Source of the DNA: Botryllus schlosseri
Lineage: Eukaryota
Length of the DNA: 64,000 nucleotides
Assembly (NCBI GenBank): GCA_051294905.1
Contig: CM119372.1
Coordinates: 16,618,001-16,682,000, forward strand
Direction: 5' to 3'
In this document: in pieces, positions 54,301 through 64,000 of the stretch
How positions within the stretch are numbered: the stretch's first letter is position 1
How the letters are laid out: every line of letters begins with the position of its first letter
Notes under the pieces: generated by a model
What the model was told of the DNA's origin: nothing
Database searches by the model: none
The model's input: the letters and a program-made list of their open reading frames with translations, nothing else
Program-made: the position numbers and the translations under genes

Positions 54301-57267
54301 GAATGTCTGACCAACGTAGTTAAGAATTCAATTCTTACGATCGAACACCGGTGTTACATTGAAAGTTATCATGTTGTAAACATTCTTATTAACACGTTGG
54401 TTTGACATACGAGATTTTGTAATAGTCGATCACGACTTGATTAATAAATTATGACGTAATTAGAACGGGGTTGTGTTAAAAGTTATTACGATACCAACAA
54501 ACTTTTCAGTGCCATTGTTCTTAACATATTAGGTTGTAAAACTATACGTGTCTGAAATGTTCTCGATCGGAGAATTACTCCACCTCGATAAAAATCACTC
54601 TACGTATCGCGATATCAGGAAATATTTTTCAATGTAATTGTTTTCAGTAACCAAGACTAAAGATGAAACAGCAATATCGGTATTATTACATTCAACAACC
54701 AGTACAATTAATAAAATCTATCGTTTGCGATAAACAACGCTAAAGATGCAATAATTCCATTATTCATACATTGAACATCCGATACAAAATACTTTATTAT
54801 CCCGATTCGCAACGGCTAATTGAAACGACTAAGTATAGAGTCAGTATATCACAATGACACGTCGTTACTATTGAATCCAGCAATTGATACGATTTATTGT
54901 CGGGATTTGTGACAGCGCATTGAAACATACACAACATACAGAGTGTGAAAATATCACTTTGGGTATCGAGTACCCTTTGAAGCGCGCGATCAATACATGA
55001 TTCCGGTCGCACTCTCTAAGACGTTGTGAAGTCTACAGATTTACACTTCAAGACTTTGATCAACACAGAAGCAATTTGGAATATCTTTACTGGACGCATC
55101 CTATTCTACTAGACTTGAGTATACACAAAACTCATAGCATTAAAAAAAAATCGCAATAGGCACTACACTGAAATTTACAAAATGTGTTTGTATTGTTGCT
55201 CAAAGTAGTTATCATGAATTATCATTTGAATCTTCTAAAGTAATTGTAATCGTAAAACCAAACTTGCGAAAGTCATTACCATAACAAAAGAATATTGTAG
55301 GTTGCTTGCTAAATGTATGCCGGAAATATTTGTAGAACGCTCACGACCAAAGAAATCGGAAATTGTCATTCATCAAAGTAAATGTCGTCACAATACTCAT
55401 CCCGTAAAAGATCTTACTTGTATGTGATTGAATCGCCGGTAATTAACTCGCTAAATCAAACCATAAGGAAATTTCACTCACTCATTGGATATTAAACAGC
55501 GCCGCTTAATCGTTGTGGGTCGTTTTTTTTTTCTAAATGCAAATCATACCTAGCCAACAGAAAACAACTTTCACTCACCCGGTAATGAAACCAAGTGGTG
55601 GGTCTTCGTTCGATATTTTGTTTCTGTCAAATACTTTGCAATGAACACATTGGAGTGGTTGAGCTTTACATCATCAAGCTGCCATCTGTAAATCTAGATT
55701 ACATCCGACTTGTAACTCTATCGTTTAACTAACCGAGTTGTATGCACAGTTTGATATTTTGGTCATTTAGCGATTGCTGAACATACCAAACGATGCACAC
55801 CCACCTCCGAAATACTGCGTTGATCTTAATTTCCATCATCGTGATAATCGAAGTACATTTCTTTCGAATTCGTAACAACCGACCATGACATGATAAATTT
55901 TTGACAAGTTTACTTAGAAGGTTTGTTGCATATCGCTAAAAATAATATACCACTCATATTGATACTGTTACTCCATTGATCGATATTTTCAAACGAGTAA
56001 AATTTGTTACTTGAGTTTCTCTGCTTAATGTAAATGTAAACTCAGCCGTCTTTTAACATCACAAAGACATTGATAAAAAGTAGGCAATCAAACGCTACAA
56101 GTTTAACTTTTGTAGGTTGTGTATGATTACCCCACGCAACTCATTTCTTACCGAAGACATATGAAATATATTCATGGTACACGAAAATACTCGATATTCC
56201 CATGCTACGAACCTGTACAATGATTGGTGACGCTTTCAAACTGTTTCAATACCTCAAGACCTTTATTGTCTGAATGGTTGTTCATTTATCTTAATAATCA
56301 AATAGTTCAACACAGAACTAGTATTAACAGAAACATCAGAGTTGTTTACACAGAAGTTTGTATGTGTACAGTATATGCGAATATCATGTGTAAGTCCAAC
56401 ACAATTGTGGTATCCATCCGGTTTAGTTAACACAATTTACGACACCGAGATCGCCTCATCTTTCGTAAGACAACAAACCAACCAAGGCTTCAGGATATGT
56501 CCATGTCATAGCAATAAATCAGCTACTCCAACAACAGAGTACATATGTTTTCTAGTTACGGTGCTTACATCTTACACACAAATCAATCTACTTTGCTAAC
56601 AAAAAGTGCTGAGTCATCAAGTGATTGCCCTAGCAACAAAACAGTTAAACGTACTATCATACAAAATGACCGTTATAGTCACCAACGGTACATGGTACAA
56701 GTAACAAGTCTCGAGAATCCAGTTATTGAAAAAAACGTGAAAGTGTTTCTACGCCAAGTCGTTATGTTGACGAAAGCGTAGATTGTAATATCATGGTCGA
56801 TTTGCATTCGCTGGTCAGTGGTCACAAACTGTCACTACTCTAAATAATTATTTTTCACTCAAACACAAAAGCATACTTGTCACCATTCGTTTTCATCAAG
56901 CGCGAGTTCAAGAAACTTACTGCGACATGAATTGTTATTTTTATGTTGTGTAAATACATAATAATTAATTTTAGTAACACTATATCAACATCATCGAGTT
57001 GTGCGAATAGATTTACATGTAGTCTTGTGGTTTTAATCGAAGCACACAGCGTGTTCTAATGTAGAGTCATCTCTATTGTACAACAACTCGGTAATCGAAA
57101 TGTATGCATTAATATTTAAACAGCGATCTTGTTTCGTCACGCGAAAAATATGTTCACTATCGCGATACTCTGCACAGGGAGTGCAAATCCTTTTCACACT
57201 CGTAATAGTATACCAACGACTACTGGCAACTACGTTTAACAAGACCAATCACACTAAACATACGATA

Positions 57268-57845
57268 CCTACCCGAGTAAAATTACCATTTTCACCTAGA
57301 GGTCAGGCGTTACCAGAGTAAAAAATACCATTATACTTTGCAGATTTATCGTTTACCCAGTGTATCAATACATTTTCACTTGAGGGTCTATCGTTTCCTA
57401 GAGTAACAAACCCCTTTTCCTTTGGAAATCTATTTTTTTCCCTGGGTAACAAACCTTTTTCACTTGGAAATATATTTTTTCTCAGGGTAACAAACCTTTT
57501 TCACTTGGAAATATATTTTTCCCCGGGTAACAAACCTTTTTCGCTTGGCGTTTCGTCGTTTACCTGAGTAAAAATATCATTTTCCTTTGGAGATCTGGCG
57601 TTTACCCATTGTAACAAACCATTTTCACTTGGAAATACATTTTTTCTCTGAGCAACAAACCATTTTCACTTGGCGGTCCGTCGTTTACCTGAGTAAAAAT
57701 ATCATTTTCCTTTAGAGATCGGGCGTTGACCCATTGTAACAATACATTTTCACTTGGAAATCTGTCGTTTACCTGAGTACCAATACCGTTTTCACTTGCA
57801 AATCCATCTTTTCCCTGGGTAACAATACCATTTTCGTTTTGAAAA
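57268..57845. repeat. Minisatellite, ~14 diverged units of 40-42 bp
   Basis: Unit approximately TTTTCACTTGGAAATCTRTCGTTTACCYGRGTAACAATACCA. Confidence 0.9.
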
Positions 57846-57990
57846 CTGACCACCACACCGGCCAATTTGATAATTTTGTATATTGTTACAACGAACAGTG
57901 ACAAAATACACACCAACAACGACTCCGATACATTTGTGTAATCGCATACTCACTTGTTCTGGTGCATCCCATCAAAATCGGCGGTTAGCC

Positions 57991-58013
57991 ACACACACAC
58001 ACACACACACACA
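57991..58013. repeat. (AC)11 microsatellite
   Basis: Read directly from the sequence. Confidence 0.95.
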
Positions 58014-58178
58014 ATAACAATGCACTATTTCGATATGACTGCGATGTCCGGGTTCGTGCTTTAGATTTTCCAGAATCAATCCGTCTAAAGTTGTAATCCC
58101 CCCGACTTTGTTAACTGGTTGATACACGATTAACAATCTTCGGAAAATGTAGGAACGCATGCTACCCATCGTGCTAAC

Positions 58179-58790
58179 GATTCCAGGTTACTTGTGATTA
58201 ATTTCCTTGCTCACCCTATACAGATTATACGTACAGGGATGTGTAGCGGTAATCGGTTTGGTCAATACATATCGCCCCATTCAGTATGGAATTACAAACC
58301 CAATACAGGCCAGTTCATAACCGGATCCGGATATTCAATGCAAAGCGATAAAGCAGAACCAATTACCAAATCTAATTAAACATGTAGATTCACAACCCTT
58401 GATTTTTTTCGTGAATAATGACAATACACATCGAATTTATTTTACGATTGTTCAACCCTACCAAGTATTCACGTAAATGTGGTTTATGACCTTACATACA
58501 ATGTGTCGGTGTACAAATGTTGGGTGTTTATGCACACATCGGTATGACCCATAGACAACATCATCATACCCTCCAGGACTTCGTTATGTTTAATTAGATT
58601 TGGTAATTGGTTCTGCTTTATCGCTTTGCATTGAATATCCGGATCCGGTTATGAACTGGCCTGTATTGGGTTTGTAATTCCATACTGAATGGGGCGATAT
58701 GTATTGACCAAACCGATTACCGCTACACATCCCTGTACGTATAATCTGTATAGGGTGAGCAAGGAAATTAATCACAAGTAACCTGGAATC
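58179..58790. repeat. 205-bp inverted duplication (58179-58383 / 58586-58790) with 202-bp spacer
   Basis: The arms appear identical by eye, and the track gives the same peptide on opposite strands (58194+ and 58799-). No TSD at the outer edges. Confidence 0.92.
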
Positions 58791-58833
58791 CTGACTCATG
58801 ATCTATAGGTTTAAATCAACAACAAGATTTGAA

Positions 58834-58868
58834 GATTCGATAGGTGGACGTCGTAGTGAGCGGACGTG
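58834..58868 (+). promoter_or_regulatory. Internal Pol II core promoter of the retrotransposon (Inr + DPE)
   Basis: GATTC with A at 58835 taken as +1 places GGACGTG (58862-58868) at +28, the canonical DPE spacing known for I and jockey elements. Confidence 0.65.
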
Positions 58869-58975
58869 CTCATCTAGACAGATAATTACAAGCGGGAGCT
58901 TCATATCGAAACAGCTGTATTCGTTTCCTATCGTGTAGGCTGTTGTCGCATCACGTGCTTGGTAACGTTGAAGAG

Positions 58976-60370
58976 ATGTTAGGAAGTAAAGGAGCGCAAA
59001 AGCGCTCCGCTACTGAAGATTTAGAGGGTCCTTCCCCTAAGGAAAGTTCTAATAGGGAGACTGGAGTTAATGTCAATATGTCAGTTGTGATAACAGGTGT
59101 GAAAAAGCCAATTCGGCAATATAATCCTATCTGCGTCAACAAAAACTTGATACGTGTTATCGGAGGTCGATATCGCGATATTCGTGTCCTGCCATCTGGG
59201 GACTTGTGCGTTGAATGTTCTAACAATAGTCAATTATCCAAATTATTGGCATGTGATAATCTGGGAGAGCCAGACAAACCGATAGAAATACGCGCAGAGA
59301 TTTTCAAAGCCAGAACTCCAGAAGTGCGTGGAGTGATTAGCAATGTCCCACTCGACATGTCCGATGCCGAGATAAAAGATGCCCTAAGTAGTCAGCAGGT
59401 TACCTTCGTGAAACGTCTGAGCTATCGCGCTAAGGAAGGAATAGTACCTAGTCGGTCGGTCTTGCTGTGTTTCTCCTCGACCATCTTACCTGCAGTTGTT
59501 AACATCGGGTTTTTGCGTTTTCGAACGAGGGTTTACAATCCACCTCCGACCCGCTGTTTTAATTGCAACCGCTACGGGCACAGGTCTAAGCACTGTCGAA
59601 GTCGTCAGCGGTGCTCGAAATGCGGCATGAATCACAGTAACAAAGAGTGCAAAAACCTTCCATATTGCGTGAACTGTGGCGCTGCGCATTCAGCCGCTTA
59701 TGCAGGTTGTACTCGATTCCGACAAGAGGCGAAGATAAATTCTATAATGGTGAATGAGAGCGTTAACTATTGGGAAGCAAGACAGCTTCATCTTAAAAGA
59801 CAAGCTCCACCTAATTGGCAGTCTGAAATCGTTTTTCCTTCACTAACATCTAGTCATGGAAACGCCACAAGATATTCATCAAACCCTCCAACAGTGCCTC
59901 GCAACCAGAGTTCGACAACGGCAGCAAGCATCCCTCCTAATTCCCCATTCCAAGATCGACCTAATACAGTGGATCCGCAAGAATTTGTTACAATCCCAAC
60001 CATGACATTATTCACCTTCATAGCTGAAGTCATGAAAAATACACTTTTAGCTTTCTCGGAGGGAAAGCAACCACAAATTGAGGAAATCATTGCGAAGTCA
60101 GCCGGCGACCAACTGGGAATCCACATTCCGGTCATTGAAAATATCAAAAACTTTAGTAAGCCATGTGGGGACGAAGGAACATCCTCAGATTCCTCACGCA
60201 TGAACGAGAAGACTCCAACCAGTGCTGCAAGTGCCACGCCCAGTGCGAGTTCCGATACACCAGAGTACCAGCCGTTCATTCCAACGCCCATGAGAGGTGT
60301 CGATCTAACAACTCCTCATACTACTTTGAAGCAGCATAGTACGCCATATCAACCGAACCCTTCACCCTGA
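58976..60370 (+). CDS. Retrotransposon ORF1, gag-like nucleic-acid-binding protein (first ATG 58976; frame open from 58943)
   Basis: RGVISNVP motif and three knuckles CFNCNRYGHRSKHC, CSKCGMNHSNKEC, CVNCGAAHSAAYAGC, followed by an S/T/P-rich tail. Confidence 0.93.
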   Translation: MLGSKGAQKRSATEDLEGPSPKESSNRETGVNVNMSVVITGVKKPIRQYNPICVNKNLIRVIGGRYRDIRVLPSGDLCVECSNNSQLSKLLACDNLGEPDKPIEIRAEIFKARTPEVRGVISNVPLDMSDAEIKDALSSQQVTFVKRLSYRAKEGIVPSRSVLLCFSSTILPAVVNIGFLRFRTRVYNPPPTRCFNCNRYGHRSKHCRSRQRCSKCGMNHSNKECKNLPYCVNCGAAHSAAYAGCTRFRQEAKINSIMVNESVNYWEARQLHLKRQAPPNWQSEIVFPSLTSSHGNATRYSSNPPTVPRNQSSTTAASIPPNSPFQDRPNTVDPQEFVTIPTMTLFTFIAEVMKNTLLAFSEGKQPQIEEIIAKSAGDQLGIHIPVIENIKNFSKPCGDEGTSSDSSRMNEKTPTSAASATPSASSDTPEYQPFIPTPMRGVDLTTPHTTLKQHSTPYQPNPSP

Positions 60371-63300
60371 TGCAATGGAATTGTCGAGGAATCTACCGCA
60401 AAATTCATGAGTTGAAACATTTTCTGGAGAGTACCTACCCTAACCCTGATGTCATTGCCCTCCAAGAAACCCACCTCGTCGCCAAATATACACCCAAGAT
60501 ACCGAATTATGTACTAGTTAGGAATGATCGTGACATACACGGCGGCGGTGTGTGCCTATTCATTAAAGCGGGGATATCTTTCACAGAGACAATAATTGCG
60601 GATATCGAACCGATCGAACTCCAAATAGTCCACCTTGGAGGTATTACAATCGTCAACGCATATGTCCCTCCGAACAAGTCCATACCCAGATCGGTTTTTC
60701 GCAAGTCGTTCGCGAAATTCGACTCTCATGTGCTTATCGTTGGCGACCTCAACGCGCACCATCCGATGTGGGGAAGCAATCATCCGAACGTTTATGGTAG
60801 GCACATTTTATCTGTGATGGAGGACCTGGAACTAGTGATTATCAACACTGTCATCCCCACTCGTATCAGCTTATCGTCAACCAGTCTCGGCGCAACATCG
60901 CTACTTGATCTTACAATTGCGTCAAAAGATATTGCGCACAGAGTGCGAACAACAATCACGGACGAACTGTTTGGCAGTGATCACTATGTCATATTGAGCA
61001 GCCTCGACCTAGAAGTCAATATCCAAGATCAACATCATCCATCGTGGTCACTCCGTCGGGTCAAGTGGCCAGATTTCAAAAACATTTGCCATCAGCAATT
61101 CTCCGATCTTAGTAACGACGCCGGCCAATTGACGATCGAAGATATAACTAACGTCATATCCCAAGCCGCTAAGCACACCATTCCGCTTACAAAGGAATTC
61201 AGGAAAAGTAGTGTGCCTTGGTGGAATTATGGCTGTACGCGAGCTGTCCGGTTAAAACGGGCCTCTTATCAAAAAATGAAGCGATCCTTTAGCGTTGATG
61301 ATGTTATCAAGTTCAAGCAACAACGAGCGCGTACGAGAAAAACGCTACTCGATGCAAAACGATCATATTGGGAGTCCTTTTGCAACAGCCTAAATCGCAA
61401 TTCCAAATTGACGAAAGTCTGGCGCGTAATTCGTTCGATGTCTGGCTCGCGCTCGTGGAATCAAATAAACCAATTGGTCTCGAACGGCGCGCTTATCACA
61501 GACAATGCCAACATGGCAAACGCACTGGCTCGGCATTTCACGTCATCCAGTAGTGATGAAAATATAGACGTATTACACCGCCAACGTCGCTCCGATTTCT
61601 GCAGCGACACCATTCCCGCAGTCTTATCCGAAATTCCGAGCGATGACATAATGAACCTACCTTTCACCCGCTCAGAATTGTCTGATGTTTTGCGACTTAG
61701 GAAGAATACTGCGCCGGGCATTGATGGAATCTGCTCCGCAATGCTTCTAAACCTCAGTGACTATTGCGTCCAAAAACTTTTGGATACTATAAATAATTTG
61801 TGGGTTACGGGCCAGTGCCCAGCATCTTGGCGGCATTCAATTATTGTGCCTATTCTAAAATGTAGCAAACCCGCAAATAATCCCTCTTCTTATAGACCAA
61901 TTTCTCTGACGAGCAACATCTGTAAGACAATGGAAAGGTTAATCAATAACAGACTAACTTGGTGGCTTGAACGGAATAGAATACTGCACCCACGCCAATG
62001 CGGCTTTCGACGCAAACGGTCTACTCGAGATTGCATAATGTCACTACACGACGATATCTATAAATCATTATTCAATAAAAGATTCGTTTTAGCGGTGTTC
62101 TTGGACTTTGAAAAGGCCTACGACATGGTTTGGCGAGACGGACTCGTACTTAAACTGCGGAAAATTGGCCTCACAGGAAACATAGTGCGGTGGGTGCATT
62201 CATTCATTAATAACAGAACTTTTCAGGTTCGTCTCGGTAACACCTTATCAGACACGTTTGCGCTCGATAATGGTATTCCACAAGGAAGCGTGTTGTCTCC
62301 GACTTTGTTTGCAATCATGATTAATGACCTCCCTCATGACCTAACGACTAACATCAATGTATTTGCAGATGACGTATGCATTTGGGATATTGGACTAAAC
62401 GCTTGTGATATAGCCTCAAACGTGCAAGCCTCGCTCAACTCCATTCAGGAGTGGTGCCACCATTGGGGTTTCAAAATTAACGCTCAAAAGTCGGCCGGTG
62501 TGTTGTTCACGAGAAAGCGCAAGTACCCTAACATCAATTTATTCATCGGACAGGTCCAATTGCGCTTAGAACGAGAGTTTAAATATTTAGGGATGACATT
62601 TGATGCAAAACTCAACTACGGTCCGCATTCGCGTATGGTAGTCGCAAAGTGCTCAAGACGGCTCAATGTATTAAGGGCATTGGCTGGTACTACCTGGGGT
62701 GCGTCTAAGTCTTGCCTTATGATCGTATACAAAACTTTGATAAGATCAGTGATGGAGTATGGTATTGAGGCGTATTTATTCTCACCAAAATACGTATTGA
62801 AAGCGCTACAGTTGCTTCAGAACAAAGCACTGCGAATATGCAGTGGTGCAATGTCGAGTACGCCATCGTATGCATTACAGCACTCGTGTCATGAACTGCC
62901 TATGCACTTCCGACATCTGCAAGCCTGCCTCGCCTATCGCTGCCACATTATGGCAATCGAAAACCACCCATGTACACCGCTAACAGAGCAGAGTTGGCAT
63001 GAAATCTTTCCAGATTCGTTTCGATTCGAAACTTTTAATATGCTCACAAGGTTGAATGAGGGCATAAAAGACTTGAAAATAGCAGAATATAACCGTTATC
63101 CCGACGCTCCACGGAATGAACAACCATGTTACACCGTCGATACGCACTTGCAATCGATCATATCCAACATACAGCACCCTGATATAATCGAGTTTGAATC
63201 CAACCACTATATTCTGTCTACATACGGTTCTTATATACAAATATTTACGGATGGATCGAAAACGAAATTTAGATGTGGGGCAGGTTTCCACGTAAAAGGA

Positions 63301-64000
63301 CTCGGAGTCGATTCCCGCATTGCCTTGGATGAAAATCTATCAGTTTTTTCAACAGAACTTATTGCGATCCTTAATAGCCTAAATTGGGCGCGTAGCGAGT
63401 GCCCAGAACGGTCAAACATAGCTATACTATCGGATAGTTTAAGTGCCATTATCGCTCTGCAATCTCGACAACGTGATAATCAGATCGTTTCCGATATAAT
63501 TATGCTTTGCAGGAGCCTTTCAGGCCGTTCAATACGGGTCACCTTTATCTGGATTCCAGGACACAGGGGCGTTGGTCGAAACGAAGAGGCAGATCGGCTA
63601 GCAAAATCCGCAGCATCAGACGAAAGTCCTGACATCGCTCAGACCCACAGTCTAACTCCAAAAGAATGCAAACCCATCGTTATTGACTATTGCTGGAATA
63701 AGTGGAAGTCTGAACTAGTCAACGAAGACTCGCAATACCAAGATCTGCTACGCAGTAATGCTGAATTTCGTGGAATTTCTTGTCTCTCACGTCGTGAGTC
63801 GTCGATCTTGATCCGACTCCAAACTGGTCATTGCGGGTTGAACGAACATCTGCATAGGATCGGATGCCATGAAAATGGATTATGTGAACTGTGCGCACAG
63901 CCTGAATCAGTGGAACATTTCCTGCTAAAATGTCCGAGATACTCAACTAATAGACAATATATCATCGAAGCTGCAAGGAACCATGGCGTTAACATCGTAT
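60370..64000 (+). CDS. Retrotransposon ORF2 (partial, >1200 aa): APE endonuclease, reverse transcriptase, RNase H, C-terminal CCHC finger
   Basis: Single frame read by hand at many points: MQWNCRG, ALQETHL, GGGV, VGDLNAHH, GSDH; YRPISLTS, FLDFEKAYD, GIPQGSVLSP, FADD (62362-62373), KYLG; IFTDGSK, STELIAI, LSDSLSA, WIPGHRG..RNEEADRLAK; CELC...EHFLLKC. No stop seen. Confidence 0.96.
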   Translation, partial: MQWNCRGIYRKIHELKHFLESTYPNPDVIALQETHLVAKYTPKIPNYVLVRNDRDIHGGGVCLFIKAGISFTETIIADIEPIELQIVHLGGITIVNAYVPPNKSIPRSVFRKSFAKFDSHVLIVGDLNAHHPMWGSNHPNVYGRHILSVMEDLELVIINTVIPTRISLSSTSLGATSLLDLTIASKDIAHRVRTTITDELFGSDHYVILSSLDLEVNIQDQHHPSWSLRRVKWPDFKNICHQQFSDLSNDAGQLTIEDITNVISQAAKHTIPLTKEFRKSSVPWWNYGCTRAVRLKRASYQKMKRSFSVDDVIKFKQQRARTRKTLLDAKRSYWESFCNSLNRNSKLTKVWRVIRSMSGSRSWNQINQLVSNGALITDNANMANALARHFTSSSSDENIDVLHRQRRSDFCSDTIPAVLSEIPSDDIMNLPFTRSELSDVLRLRKNTAPGIDGICSAMLLNLSDYCVQKLLDTINNLWVTGQCPASWRHSIIVPILKCSKPANNPSSYRPISLTSNICKTMERLINNRLTWWLERNRILHPRQCGFRRKRSTRDCIMSLHDDIYKSLFNKRFVLAVFLDFEKAYDMVWRDGLVLKLRKIGLTGNIVRWVHSFINNRTFQVRLGNTLSDTFALDNGIPQGSVLSPTLFAIMINDLPHDLTTNINVFADDVCIWDIGLNACDIASNVQASLNSIQEWCHHWGFKINAQKSAGVLFTRKRKYPNINLFIGQVQLRLEREFKYLGMTFDAKLNYGPHSRMVVAKCSRRLNVLRALAGTTWGASKSCLMIVYKTLIRSVMEYGIEAYLFSPKYVLKALQLLQNKALRICSGAMSSTPSYALQHSCHELPMHFRHLQACLAYRCHIMAIENHPCTPLTEQSWHEIFPDSFRFETFNMLTRLNEGIKDLKIAEYNRYPDAPRNEQPCYTVDTHLQSIISNIQHPDIIEFESNHYILSTYGSYIQIFTDGSKTKFRCGAGFHVKGLGVDSRIALDENLSVFSTELIAILNSLNWARSECPERSNIAILSDSLSAIIALQSRQRDNQIVSDIIMLCRSLSGRSIRVTFIWIPGHRGVGRNEEADRLAKSAASDESPDIAQTHSLTPKECKPIVIDYCWNKWKSELVNEDSQYQDLLRSNAEFRGISCLSRRESSILIRLQTGHCGLNEHLHRIGCHENGLCELCAQPESVEHFLLKCPRYSTNRQYIIEAARNHGVNIV

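Larger units (their letters stand above)
52138..58585. mobile_element. Candidate decayed Polinton/Maverick-like (or other large virus-like) element end
   Basis: Begins AGTAGTGTAGTAG, followed by a GC-rich array of GGTG(G/A)TGAC motifs (52170-52440), longer diverged repeats (52510-53040), then AT-rich DNA with short broken minus-strand ORFs and a minisatellite. No hallmark gene (pPolB, integrase, capsid) recognised. Confidence 0.35.
58834..64000 (+). mobile_element. Full-length, apparently intact I-group (I/Nimb/Loa-like) non-LTR retrotransposon; 3' end outside the window
   Basis: Two-ORF layout: CCHC gag-like ORF1, then APE-RT-RNase H-CCHC ORF2. Internal promoter motif at the 5' end. Confidence 0.95.

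Noticed and set aside
57268..57845. CRISPR-like array
   Set aside because: Units are contiguous diverged tandem repeats without unique spacers, the context is eukaryotic, and there are no cas genes.
1..58900. The many 60-150 aa ORFs in the track (e.g. 9092-9454, 27742-28137, 40571-40969, 43155-43601, 48818-49279) as genes
   Set aside because: No recognisable domains, many non-ATG starts and overlaps on both strands. Consistent with chance ORFs in non-coding eukaryotic DNA.
58951..63946. Antisense and alternate-frame ORFs inside the retrotransposon (e.g. 59854-60291)
   Set aside because: Shadow ORFs of the two real coding frames, with no independent motifs.

Overview
Eukaryotic (animal-type, probably invertebrate) genomic DNA with no recognisable host protein-coding gene. 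Nearly all short ORFs in the track look spurious. Best-supported features: (1) an apparently intact, full-length I-group non-LTR retrotransposon at ~58834-64000 that runs off the window. It has an internal Inr+DPE-type promoter, a gag-like ORF1 with three CCHC knuckles, and an uninterrupted ORF2 (APE endonuclease, RT, RNase H, CCHC) coupled to ORF1 by a TGATG overlap. ORF2 is missing from the ORF track because it has no stop inside the window. (2) A tRNA-Ile(AAT)/tRNA-Phe(GAA) pair on the minus strand, 8 nt apart, sharing one poly-T terminator (probable dicistronic Pol III unit). (3) A 5'-truncated R4/Dong-clade retrotransposon sitting in a (TAA)n tract. (4) About a dozen non-autonomous hAT-type elements/MITEs, most with readable 8-bp TSDs, including a four-level nest and a composite element present in two copies. 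More speculative: a decayed Polinton/Maverick-like end from 52138, a 205-bp inverted duplication next to the LINE 5' end, a hairpin-dense candidate structured RNA at ~9060-9362, and an inverted pair of minimal hammerhead-like cores at ~1943-2064. All calls were made by eye; no database search or folding program was run.
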